Source of the DNA: Vampirovibrio sp.
GTDB taxonomy: Bacteria > Cyanobacteriota > Vampirovibrionia > Vampirovibrionales > Vampirovibrionaceae
Assembly: GCA_027448865.1 (NCBI GenBank)
Contig: DAIDMR010000069.1
Coordinates: 23,931 to 87,930 of the forward strand
Direction: 5' to 3'
Length of the DNA: 64,000 nt
Shown here: piece by piece, positions 10,601 to 19,042 of the stretch
Layout: each line of letters begins with the position of its first letter
Numbering within the stretch: position 1 is the stretch's first letter
The notes under the pieces: model-generated
The model's input: the letters and a program-made list of their open reading frames with translations, nothing else
The model's database searches: none
Told to the model about the DNA's origin: nothing
Position numbers and translations under genes: made by a program

Positions 10601-10725
10601 GTTCCTAAAAACGCCAACAACATGGCCAGCCCGTATCCCTTTTTCTTCCCGGGAGAACGACCGGCGGCCTTGAGCCACTGCGCGAACTGAAATCCTGCTT
10701 TACCAGCTTTACCTGTTTTAAACAT
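7645..10725 (-). CDS. PilX/GspK-like pilin fused to three ConA/LamG-like (arabinofuranosidase-catalytic-like) repeats
   Basis: KKKG/YGLAMLLAFLG (no Glu5, as in PilX); three copies each of AY(G/S)(L/M)R...VRRxSD...IGF..GxLD and FVxxWYDQSGN...QP.I. Confidence 0.7.
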   Translation of the reverse strand: MFKTGKAGKAGFQFAQWLKAAGRSPGKKKGYGLAMLLAFLGTTMAIGASLQLMSGPLSAIVMGSASQNRLAAEELAKSGMRAVTARLQTSYNTGQTIAAGASFNSTNDPAYVLMPQSPDSLAGATRSVGSYTSRVSYVNGNTVLVVVTATVGSSQSSVSQLLTLTRDIYPMAFNNIAGATAAYGMRRLTSDAAITRAIRVRRGSDNAETDIGFLPNGDLDMPALMTFLNDNLTTYPKPLDRVTGAFRAYSLRKINTAYTGNAIIVRRSSDDTTTNIGFLPNGDLDTPSLLSFCKTDSCFVTTWYDQSGNGRNATQSTLTAQPRIVNAGALEMINGRVALRFDGVDDAIAGATNNLANSSFNLVVAQVDAGASITLQSKATSGSSGTGGQKYLLSPPQGGAVNAGSGISLGENGVGVYEHGNSYMPCLANASISPNNNDGLIVSYNYINKQPFLFVNSKLVDVGFTSLRGDLFTPVFIGGPPTVHAPYGYFKGAVGEWIQYPTDLTTAERQILENDDARYYQLTLEDPGYTPPLVTVPSATAAYGLRRLITDNTGTTDDDKAIQVRRSSDNSTQIIGFDSKGNLDLANLFKFCGISSCFVSIWYDQSGNNRHLTQPTAANQPRITNAGVLDTINGRPAMRNIGSRILLGSGTNLMAGTGGWWYSTILADYGSVDTANFLDRNPAGNSNPIVGLIKSSGKFALVTRRNDGTNQTVRTGSYTIPSDGTGQLVSFQRNRGIDYSLFVNGLVDASTPDTDTDITPQGVAVLGHNEIGFYPGASAAMSELIIYNTSVTTATRNRLEGNQMAYYNINDKVPDTGFVTTWYDQSGNGFNFRQGVRELQPVIRLDRKTGRPAIQFNGLNNCMNTAGTLNFTGTNARALVVASMDGSTGTAGRLFGGNKSSDVYDYATPESASFLRRYGSTNQLFSYRNNATLGISPAFTLNQPFQATSVFNGSFHEIRVNGVYGTSVASSGAFGINRLWLGVAPFLFLGDLWAGGVSEVILYPNAMSGTQLAMLEQDQRSYYGTP

Positions 10726-10833
10726 GGGCCAACACCAATCGGCTTTTCAAGTTACTTACGGTTACACGATTCAACATTCAATCAACGCGTTTTGCCTATA
10801 GCGGATATAACTATTTTAAACACTCTTTCTGGA

Positions 10834-10860
10834 TCATCGTTCTGTTTGCCAAAAACTTTA
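10834..10860 (-). promoter_or_regulatory. Candidate sigma-28 (FliA/SigF-type) promoter of the pilin-like operon
   Basis: Minus strand TAAAGTTT-N11-AACGATGA versus consensus TAAAGTTT-N11-GCCGATAA. Confidence 0.4.
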
Positions 10861-10879
10861 ACCCGATTTTCACAATTTC

Positions 10880-11749
10880 CTAAAATCGGACTTTATCCGC
10901 AGACTCTGCCCTCAGAGCGGTAATTTCAGCCCCCACAAAGAAAATCAGCGCTGAATAATAGAGCCAGGTCACCAGGATAATCAGTGCGCCCAGGGCTCCG
11001 TAAACCGGGTTAAACTGGTGCATGTGGTTGACGTACAGACTGAACAGCTCTGAAACGCTGACCCAGGCGATCAGAAAAAAAATGGCGCCGGGTAAGCTGA
11101 CCCGCCAGCGTAATCTTCCTGTTTTCGGGCGCAAAATCAGGGCGTATGTCAAAGTGGTGATTGCGGTAATGCCGCAGCCCAACACCAGCCAGCGGCTGAT
11201 ACGTAACAGGGCCACCACGCTGAAAAGCAAGTGAAAGCGCCCATGCAGCCATGAAATCAGAGCATCGCCAAACAGAATGAGATAAATCGCCACGACCAGC
11301 ATCACGCCCATAAATAATACCAGCACAATGGATACAATCGGCGTGTACCAGAAGGGAAAGTCTTTTTCCGGAATCCCGTAGGCACGTCTCAACCCCTTAA
11401 CAATAACACCGCCACTCCCGGAAGCCGACCACAGCGTCATCAGCATGCCCGCCAGCGTCAGTCCGGTTGTGCTACCCCCAATGGTAGCATCAAGGAGATT
11501 AATCAACAGACTGCCGGTGTGCGCCGGGGCCAGTTCATGGATGAAATCCACGCACAGCGCGTAAAAAACACTGGTTTGCCCCAACAGGCCGAACAGGGCT
11601 ATCAGGAAAAACGTGGCGGGGATGAGGGATTGAATCATGTTAAAGGCCACCTCGGCGGCAAGCCCCTGGCAATCATCCGCATTGATTTTCTGAAATAAGC
11701 CCCTGAGCCACGCCGGAAACCGACGTTTCCGTCCTTCCCCTTCAGTCAT
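10880..11749 (-). CDS. YihY/virulence factor BrkB family membrane protein
   Basis: LAAEVAF, LWSASG, PGAIF, YGALGALIILVTWLY, GAE motifs. Confidence 0.9.
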   Translation of the reverse strand: MTEGEGRKRRFPAWLRGLFQKINADDCQGLAAEVAFNMIQSLIPATFFLIALFGLLGQTSVFYALCVDFIHELAPAHTGSLLINLLDATIGGSTTGLTLAGMLMTLWSASGSGGVIVKGLRRAYGIPEKDFPFWYTPIVSIVLVLFMGVMLVVAIYLILFGDALISWLHGRFHLLFSVVALLRISRWLVLGCGITAITTLTYALILRPKTGRLRWRVSLPGAIFFLIAWVSVSELFSLYVNHMHQFNPVYGALGALIILVTWLYYSALIFFVGAEITALRAESADKVRF

Positions 11750-14405
11750 AGCCGAACTTCCCGATGAACCAGCGCTTGACCATCTGGATCAGGATGAAGT
11801 AGGCGGCCAGAATACCCATCAGCCATGCAAAATAATGGCCCGGCAGCGTTACGAACCCGAAAAACGGGGCCAGCGGAGAATGTGGCAGATAAATGCCGAT
11901 ACCGATGATGAGCCCAGTCATTACCAGCAGCTGCGGGGCGGCCCAGCTTTGCAGGAATGGAATTCTGGCGGTGCGGATGAAATGTACGATCAGCACTTGC
12001 GACAACAATCCCTCAATAAACCAACCGGTATGGAACAGGGCCTGCCGGTCTACCGTATTGGCCTGAAAAACAAACCACATCACGGCAAACAGGATGTAAT
12101 CAAAAATAGAACTCACCGGGCCGAAGGTCAGCATGAATCGCTCCACGTTGGGAACCTCCCAGCGATGGGGCTTGGCCAGAAACGCTTCATCCACCCGATC
12201 AAAGGGGATGGCTGTTTGCGAGATGTCGTACAACAGGTTCTGGGCCAGGATCTGGATGGGCATCATGGGTAAAAACGGCAACAGAAAGCTGGCACCCATC
12301 ATGCTGAAGACATTGCCGAAATTGGAGCTGGTGGTCATGCGAATGTATTTGATGATGTTGCCAAATACCTTGCGCCCTTCAATCACCCCGTCATTCAGAA
12401 CCAACAGGCTTTGCTCCAGCAGAATCATATCGGCTGATTCCCTGGCGATGTCCACCGCGTTGGCCACGGAAATACCCACATCTGCCCGGTGCAACGCGGG
12501 GGAGTCGTTAATACCGTCTCCCAGAAAGCCCACCACATGGTTTTTTCGTTGAATTGCCTGAATCACCTGTTCTTTGTGTTCCGGGGTCAGCTTGGCAAAA
12601 ATGGTGGTTTGTTCCGCTTTCTCCGCCAGTTGCTCAGGACTCAGCGATTCGATGTCCCGCCCCAGCAGAATGCCTCGAATGGGCAAACCTACCACGGTGC
12701 AGATTTTGCGGGTGACCAGCTCATTGTCACCGGTCAGGATTTTAAGCGCCACGCCCAGCTGGCTTAATTCCTGAATGGCCTGCGCGGTGCTTTCCTTGGG
12801 TGGATCCAGAAAGGCAATGTACCCCAGCAGGGTCAAATCCCGCTCATCTTCAACCGTGTAGGTATTTTGTCGCCCATCCATGTCCTTGCAGGCCACGGCA
12901 ATCGTCCGAAACCCTTCTTCACTCAGTTTTTGCGTATCCTTGTGAATCTGCTCCCGAATGGCCGGGGTGATAGGATATTCCCGCCCCTTATCGTGAATGC
13001 GGGCGCACACGCTCAGCATTTCCTCAATAGCCCCCTTGCAGATCAGCGTGTGTATGGCTTCCCTGGCAATGACCACAGAAAGACGACGGCGTTCAAAGTC
13101 AAAGGGAATCTCATCCACCTTGGCGTAATCGCTTTCAATGTTCAGTGCGTCATCTTGCTCGGCATGGGCCATGATGGCCTCATCCAAAAGATTTTTCAGG
13201 CCTGATTCAAAATAACTGTTGAGGTAGGCCGCTTTGAGAACCTCGATACTTTCTTCGCCATGCAGATTCAGGTGTCGGTAGAGAATGACCTTGTTCTGGG
13301 TCAGGGTACCGGTCTTGTCGGTGCATAGCACGTCAATGGCGCCCAGATTCTGGATGGCGGCCAAACGCTTGACGATCACTTTCTTCTTCGACAGAGCGAT
13401 GGCTCCTCGGGACAGGTTGGTGATGATGATCATGGGAAGCATCTCGGGGGTCAGTCCCACGCCAACGGCCAGGGCAAAGAGTAACGCGGTTAGCCAGTCG
13501 TGCTTGGTCAGGCCGTTGACCAGAAAAATCACCAGAACCATCGCTGTAATAAAGCGAATCAACAGCCAGCTCAGCTTGTTAATCCCCTGATCAAAGCTTG
13601 TGGGCGGCTCATCTTCCACGATTTTTGCGGCCAGATTGCCAAAGTAGGTCTGATCCCCGGTTGCCAGCGCCACGGCCACAGCCATTCCGCTGACCACACT
13701 GGTGCCCATAAAGCAGAGGTTGTCCAGATCAATCAGGTTGCCGCTGGTGTCGTCATCCGGTTCCGCTTTCTTCTCCACCGGAAAGGATTCCCCGCTCAGA
13801 GCGGACTGGTTGATGTGCAAGTCCCGAACTTCAATCAACCGGACATCGGCAGGGATGAGATCCCCCGGGCCCAGGGTCATGATATCGCCCGGAACCAGAT
13901 TTTTCAGGGGGATTTCCTGCAGGTGGCCCTGCAGATCCTGTTCAGTCTGACGCCTGCGGACACTGACCCGGCTGGTGACAAGCGCTTGAAGTTCTTCCGC
14001 CGCTCGACTGGAGCGGGATTCCTGAATAAAGCGCAAGAGCACGCTCAGCAATACCATGATGGCAATCATAATGGCGGACGATCGATTACCGCTGACGTAA
14101 GAGAGAAACCCAAGAACCATCAGCAGGTAATTAAAGGGGCTATTGAACAGTATCATCAAGCGGATCAACCCGGGACGGCGTTTCTTTCGAGTGATCTCAT
14201 TCAGTCCGTACTCAGAAAGACGCGCTTCGGCCTCGGTTTCCGTTAGGCCTGAGGAAGTGCTTTGCAGGTTCTCCAGTACCGCCGCAACCGGTCTGCGGGC
14301 TAAAGCCCGAAAATATTCCAGGCGATGCTCCGGATTGTTTGTTGCGGTCGGCTTTTCGGATTTCAGGCCGGGCATTGGAAGCGGTCTCCTTCGGTCAGCA
14401 TTCAA
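11742..14405 (-). CDS. mgtA: Magnesium-translocating P-type ATPase
   Basis: SGES, TPEMLPM, DKTGTLT, GDGIND, SSNFGN and NLLYD motifs. Confidence 0.95.
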   Translation of the reverse strand: MNADRRRPLPMPGLKSEKPTATNNPEHRLEYFRALARRPVAAVLENLQSTSSGLTETEAEARLSEYGLNEITRKKRRPGLIRLMILFNSPFNYLLMVLGFLSYVSGNRSSAIMIAIMVLLSVLLRFIQESRSSRAAEELQALVTSRVSVRRRQTEQDLQGHLQEIPLKNLVPGDIMTLGPGDLIPADVRLIEVRDLHINQSALSGESFPVEKKAEPDDDTSGNLIDLDNLCFMGTSVVSGMAVAVALATGDQTYFGNLAAKIVEDEPPTSFDQGINKLSWLLIRFITAMVLVIFLVNGLTKHDWLTALLFALAVGVGLTPEMLPMIIITNLSRGAIALSKKKVIVKRLAAIQNLGAIDVLCTDKTGTLTQNKVILYRHLNLHGEESIEVLKAAYLNSYFESGLKNLLDEAIMAHAEQDDALNIESDYAKVDEIPFDFERRRLSVVIAREAIHTLICKGAIEEMLSVCARIHDKGREYPITPAIREQIHKDTQKLSEEGFRTIAVACKDMDGRQNTYTVEDERDLTLLGYIAFLDPPKESTAQAIQELSQLGVALKILTGDNELVTRKICTVVGLPIRGILLGRDIESLSPEQLAEKAEQTTIFAKLTPEHKEQVIQAIQRKNHVVGFLGDGINDSPALHRADVGISVANAVDIARESADMILLEQSLLVLNDGVIEGRKVFGNIIKYIRMTTSSNFGNVFSMMGASFLLPFLPMMPIQILAQNLLYDISQTAIPFDRVDEAFLAKPHRWEVPNVERFMLTFGPVSSIFDYILFAVMWFVFQANTVDRQALFHTGWFIEGLLSQVLIVHFIRTARIPFLQSWAAPQLLVMTGLIIGIGIYLPHSPLAPFFGFVTLPGHYFAWLMGILAAYFILIQMVKRWFIGKFGYD

Positions 14406-14780
14406 TCAGAATACGCTGAATCGATACCATTTGCATCGGATTACGGGGCAAGGTGAGTATTGTCCTTGAGCCAGACACCTCGCTTATGGACTAGTGCCTC
14501 AGGCCCATTCCTTTAGTGCCTGTGGCATTGCACACAAGGTGGCAGGATGGGTTTCATTCAGGCATTGGTTGCGCTGGCATGGCGTTGGTGCTGTTACCAG
14601 GAGAATCAGCCGGGATCCAGGTTTGGATCCTGATACCCAGTGATAAAACAGTCGTTTTGTAAAATATCTGTCGTTGCGCCTCGGGTGGCCAGTCTCCCGT
14701 TATAAAAAAGATCAAATTCAATCACATTTCTATCCGCTCCACCCAGGGATAACCCATCCGGATCAACGGGAACCCAGGAC

Positions 14781-14861
14781 TTTGCCGTTCGGTCGGTTGA
14801 TCTTCAGTGCCTGGAAAGTGCTTTTGAGTATGCGAACTTAAAGCGGGCATTGAAAATTTAA
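14781..14861 (+). pseudogene. hipA: Decayed 3' fragment of a hipA gene
   Basis: Translates FAVRSVDLQCLESAFEYANLKRALKI*, aligning to the intact HipA end FGLRSAEIKRMESAFEHEDLKRALKI* (stop 30662); no 5' part. Confidence 0.8.
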
Positions 14862-14928
14862 AAGGCGTTCATTGATTCTCCCGCCATTTTCTCAGTATCT
14901 TTAGCTCGATATTCGGGGAGCAGGCCAA
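14851..14928 (+). repeat. Conserved element spanning the hipA stop and downstream DNA, copy 1
   Basis: 14851-14902 matches 30652-30703 at 49 of 52 nt by manual alignment; weaker similarity continues to 14928. Confidence 0.85.
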
Positions 14929-14947
14929 CGATGAAATGCAGTCAAAC

Positions 14948-15823
14948 TCAGGCCCGATCTTTCATTTCCTGTTTCAAAAGGGCTAAAAATGCTGCCAGGG
15001 CAGGATTTTTATCGTCTTTTTTCCAGGCGGCGAACACAGACCAGCGGGCCTCCCTGTCCGTTTGTGGATAAAGATTAATGTCGGCAGTGTCCGGACAAAA
15101 GGACGGTGGGAGTATGGAGACGCCCAAGCCCGCTTTCACCAGCGCAAGCACACTCGTCACTTCCGCCACCTCCTGAACAATTCGAGGGTAAAATCCATAG
15201 TTGGCACAGAGTCCTAAAATCTGGTTATGCAGCACGGGGGAGCGCTCTTTCGAGATAATGACAAAGGGAATCTCCGAGCAATCTTCCAGGTGGGTTAATC
15301 TGTTGAAATCGGGATGATGCGGAGTAATCAGTGTTAGCTGTTCACGAACCAGGGGAAGCGTCTCGAATTCAGTTTTGGTCGACAATTTAACAAACCCGAT
15401 ATCCAGCTGCCCGTTTCGCAGGGCTTCAAGCTGCTCATGGGTGGATAGATCCTTGAGTACCAATTCAATGCCGGGTCGATCCTGTCTGAATTTAACAATG
15501 AGAAGCGGGATCATTTCCAGGGCATAATGGCTAAAACCGATGCGCAGCAGCCCTTGTTCGCCGCTGGAGATTTTTTGACCCAGGATACAGAGGTTCTCGT
15601 ACTGGGCCATAAAACCTTGCGCTTCTTTCAAAAACTGTCGTCCAAATGCGGTGAGCTGAGTGGATTTTCGATCCCGTTCAAACAGGGTATTTCCCAAAAA
15701 CGATTCCAGTTTATTGATTTGCTTGCTCAAAGCGGGTTGGGTGATATTCAACAGTTTTGCGGTGCGTCCAAAATGTAAATATTCCGCCAGTAGTACAAAA
15801 GCTTTTATTTCATGAATTTCCAT
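14948..15823 (-). CDS. LysR family transcriptional regulator
   Basis: HFGRTAKLLNITQPALSKQINKLE HTH plus LysR substrate-binding domain. Confidence 0.95.
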   Translation of the reverse strand: MEIHEIKAFVLLAEYLHFGRTAKLLNITQPALSKQINKLESFLGNTLFERDRKSTQLTAFGRQFLKEAQGFMAQYENLCILGQKISSGEQGLLRIGFSHYALEMIPLLIVKFRQDRPGIELVLKDLSTHEQLEALRNGQLDIGFVKLSTKTEFETLPLVREQLTLITPHHPDFNRLTHLEDCSEIPFVIISKERSPVLHNQILGLCANYGFYPRIVQEVAEVTSVLALVKAGLGVSILPPSFCPDTADINLYPQTDREARWSVFAAWKKDDKNPALAAFLALLKQEMKDRA

Positions 15824-15871
15824 TTTCTATCTCGCTAGCGATGATCAAGATCGGATTGTAAAGTCTTTTTA

Positions 15872-15890
15872 TGATAACTAAAGGTTATCA
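15872..15890. promoter_or_regulatory. LysR binding box (T-N11-A palindrome)
   Basis: TGATAAC-TAAAG-GTTATCA in the divergent lysR/efflux intergenic region. Confidence 0.65.
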
Positions 15891-15980
15891 CAGGCATAAA
15901 CAAAAGTAATTGGCGCAATCAGAAAGGTTTATAGACAATAAGCCTTATCCCCCCTCGCTCTCTGAACGAATGAGTATTCA

Positions 15981-17438
15981 ATGTCACGCCTTACCCCGTT
16001 ACATCGCTTTTGCCTGATTGTTTCCTGTTTCATTTTTGTGTGGCCGTTACCCGTTTATGCCCAGCAAGCCCCGAAGACGCCAGGAAAACCCTGGGATATT
16101 GAGGCCTCGATTCTGTACCAGTCTCAAGAGACTCACAAAAATGAGTGGGCAGACGCGTTATCAACCGATAAGCGCTATACGCTGCCTGAATTGATTAGTT
16201 TGGCAGAAGAACGCAACCCCAAAACACGGCTAGCCTGGGAAAAAGCCAAACAGTTGGCCGCAAAGCTGGGGATTGCCCAAAGTGAGTTGTTTCCAACCCT
16301 GGCGGCTGTGGCCATACTGGAAAATAACAGCTCGGCCCTATTTTTTGAGACCTTCTATACCCAGAACCTGTTTTTATTCAGGCCAGCCATTTCCTTAAGC
16401 TATACGGTTCTAGACTTTGGGGAACGGCGTGGCAAAATTGACGAACAAAAGGCCAGCCTGCTGGCGGCCAATCTGAATTTTAATGATGTCCATCGTCAAG
16501 TGATTTACAGCATGGTGAGCGCCTACTATAAGGTTATGTTGGCTATGAGTCGAAAGGAAGCCGCTGAGGTAACCCTGGCAAACGCCAGAACCGTGCAGGA
16601 TTCTGTGGAAGAACGACTGGAGCAGGGCTTGGCCACCCTACCCGATAAGCTGGACGCACAGGCGGCCTCCGCCAAAGCCGAGTATGAACTGGTCGCCATC
16701 CAGGGCGAGGAGGATATTGCCCGGGGTGAACTGGCCTCTCTATTGCGAGAATCTCCCCAGAAAAAGCTGTCCCTGGAAAGCTTAAACCAAACCACAGGCT
16801 TTAACTTTCTAACGCCAGACGCAACAGCGACCATCGAGGAAGCATTACGGTTCCGTCCGGATTTCCTGGCCAAAATTCAACGTATCAGCGCGGCCCAAGC
16901 AGACATAAAGAGCAAGCGCGCAGCATACTTTCCCAAGCTGACTATTTCGGCCAATTACGGTCGGTTGGCCGCGTATGCCAACCAGGAGCATAGTCCCTAC
17001 GCCTTTGGGCAGATTCCCGTTTATCAATGGCAGGCAAATTTTAACTGGGTTTTATTTGATGGCGGGCGTCGTCGTAATGAATTACGTCTGGCCAAAGCCC
17101 GATACGAAGCAGCGCTCTCAGAGCAGCAAGAAGCCAAAGATCAGATTGAGTTTCAGGTGTGGCAGGCCTACGTCAATCTGGAAACGGCAAAAAAGCAGTT
17201 GGCAGCCTCTGAAAGATTGCTATTGGCCTCTCAAAAATCCTATGAGGCGGCCACGGAGTCCTATCAGTACGGGCTGCGTAATGTCATTGATGTGACCAAC
17301 GCCCAAAAAAACCTGGCCATTGCCCGAAATACCTTTGTGGAAGCGCGTATCAACATACTGGTGGCGATGGCCGAGCTGGCTTTTCAAACCGGCGATCTGG
17401 TTCATATTGGGAATCCTCCGCTTGTTAATCCGCCATGA
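15981..17438 (+). CDS. TolC-family outer-membrane efflux protein
   Basis: Signal peptide; LDFG and LFDGG repeats, ALRFRPD. Confidence 0.88.
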   Translation: MSRLTPLHRFCLIVSCFIFVWPLPVYAQQAPKTPGKPWDIEASILYQSQETHKNEWADALSTDKRYTLPELISLAEERNPKTRLAWEKAKQLAAKLGIAQSELFPTLAAVAILENNSSALFFETFYTQNLFLFRPAISLSYTVLDFGERRGKIDEQKASLLAANLNFNDVHRQVIYSMVSAYYKVMLAMSRKEAAEVTLANARTVQDSVEERLEQGLATLPDKLDAQAASAKAEYELVAIQGEEDIARGELASLLRESPQKKLSLESLNQTTGFNFLTPDATATIEEALRFRPDFLAKIQRISAAQADIKSKRAAYFPKLTISANYGRLAAYANQEHSPYAFGQIPVYQWQANFNWVLFDGGRRRNELRLAKARYEAALSEQQEAKDQIEFQVWQAYVNLETAKKQLAASERLLLASQKSYEAATESYQYGLRNVIDVTNAQKNLAIARNTFVEARINILVAMAELAFQTGDLVHIGNPPLVNPP

Positions 17439-17494
17439 TGTCCCTGGTACCAATAGAATCACCCTACCCTTTCATACTACTTGGAGTACCGTTC

Positions 17495-17776
17495 ATGAAG
17501 TCATTGTTTGAACCGAGGTCTCTGTCCGCAGTTTTGCTGTTGGTCGGCATTTGTCTTGCGATGTCGGGGTGTCAAAGAAGTCCTTCTATTGATATTTTCG
17601 GTTCTTTTTTCCCGGTATGGTTTTTTTGCATGCTGGGCGGACTGCTGATCACATTTGTGATTCGGTATTTCCTCAGACGTCTGCGGCTGGATCAGGAGAT
17701 GGGCCCCCTGGTCATTATTTACCCCTGTATGACCGCGTTGTTCTCTTTTATCCTTTGGCTGGTTTTTTTCCCTTGA
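17495..17776 (+). CDS. ytcA: YtcA family lipoprotein
   Basis: MSGC lipobox then SPSIDIFGSFFPVWFFC; GGAG RBS before ATG 17495. Confidence 0.8.
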   Translation: MKSLFEPRSLSAVLLLVGICLAMSGCQRSPSIDIFGSFFPVWFFCMLGGLLITFVIRYFLRRLRLDQEMGPLVIIYPCMTALFSFILWLVFFP

Positions 17777-17797
17777 TTTGAAGAATATAGGTGCGTC

Positions 17798-18997
17798 ATG
17801 GTTTTCAGTTTCAATAAAAAAAGAGTCGGTCGGCTTTTAGGTGGCCTGATCATTGGTTCAACGCTGCTTACCGGCGCTGCGGTGTATTGGCGAATCATCA
17901 CCCACCCCCGTACGGATGACGCAGAGGTGTTCGCCAACCTGATCGGCATTGCCCCGGAAGTCAGCGGCCCCATTACCCATATTTACGTGAAAGACAATCA
18001 ATGGGTCAAAAAAGGCACCCTGCTTTTTGAAATCGATCGCGCGCCGTTCCTGTATGCCTGGCAAGCCGCCAAATCTCAACGTGATACGCTGGAAGGCGAA
18101 ATTCGGGACTTAAAGCGGAAAATCATTTCACAGCAAAACTCGGTTCGATCCGCGGATGCTCAAATCAGGGTCTCAGAGGCATCACTGGAAAACAGTGGGG
18201 CTGGCATCAGCGCCGCCATTGCCGGGGTTGAAAACGCCAGGGCGGGTTTGGTTCGCGCCGAAGCCGATTATGTGTATGTCACCGCTAACCTGAAACGGCT
18301 GGAGGCCTTGCTCAAAAAGCAATTTGTCACTGTGGATCAGGTTCAATTGGCTCAGACCGATGTTCGAAATAAAGCAGAAGCGGTTTTACAGGCCCGATCG
18401 CAACTGGCATTTCAACAGGCTCAACTGAGTGCCGCCCGGGCCAGACAGCGAGAAACCAATGCTCAATTAATCCAGAGTCAAGCCCGTCTGGATGAATCCG
18501 TTTACAAAATTGACATTTTGGATCCGCTGGTGGCGCAGAGGCAAAAGAAAATCGCCGAAATTGATACAGCAGCCTATAATTTGTCCCGTTGTCGTATTTA
18601 TGCCCCTTTTGACGCCAGAGTCACCAATTTGATGGTGTCGGAGGGAGAGTATGCGCATGCCGGGCAAAAGGTATTCACACTGATCGACACCCGGAAATGG
18701 TGGGTCATCGCCAATTTCAGAGAATCTCAAGTCAATTACACCCGTCCTGGCACCAAAGCCGATGTGTACCTGATGTCTGAGCCAAGCGTGCGCTATGAAG
18801 GCGTTGTGGAGAGTGTTGGCTATGGTGTACTGCCAGATAGTAATCTGATTGGTAACCTGGATGGCGACTTGCCTGATGTTCGTCGGACGCTCAACTGGGT
18901 TCGTTTGGCCAGTCGCTTTCCGGTCAGGGTTCGCGTTCTGAATCCGGAAAGTGAGCATTTTCGAATTGGGGCTTCCGCCATGGTGGTTATACAGTGA
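17798..18997 (+). CDS. mdtN: HlyD-family membrane fusion protein, MdtN-like
   Basis: PRTDDA, IAPEVSG, ANFRE, WVRLASRFPVRV motifs; follows ytcA. Confidence 0.8.
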   Translation: MVFSFNKKRVGRLLGGLIIGSTLLTGAAVYWRIITHPRTDDAEVFANLIGIAPEVSGPITHIYVKDNQWVKKGTLLFEIDRAPFLYAWQAAKSQRDTLEGEIRDLKRKIISQQNSVRSADAQIRVSEASLENSGAGISAAIAGVENARAGLVRAEADYVYVTANLKRLEALLKKQFVTVDQVQLAQTDVRNKAEAVLQARSQLAFQQAQLSAARARQRETNAQLIQSQARLDESVYKIDILDPLVAQRQKKIAEIDTAAYNLSRCRIYAPFDARVTNLMVSEGEYAHAGQKVFTLIDTRKWWVIANFRESQVNYTRPGTKADVYLMSEPSVRYEGVVESVGYGVLPDSNLIGNLDGDLPDVRRTLNWVRLASRFPVRVRVLNPESEHFRIGASAMVVIQ

Positions 18998-19042
18998 GAA
19001 ACAATGAGTGCTAACAGCCTTAACTAATTACAGGATTTGATC

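Noticed and set aside
13500..14246. 248-aa plus-strand ORF
   Set aside because: Antisense to mgtA
14460..14720. M-box (ykoK) riboswitch upstream of mgtA
   Set aside because: Only a short ATGCCA...CTAAAG resemblance; the conserved core could not be aligned; needs an Rfam scan
14860..14900. Fluoride riboswitch in the conserved post-hipA element
   Set aside because: Partial words only; the pseudoknot core is missing
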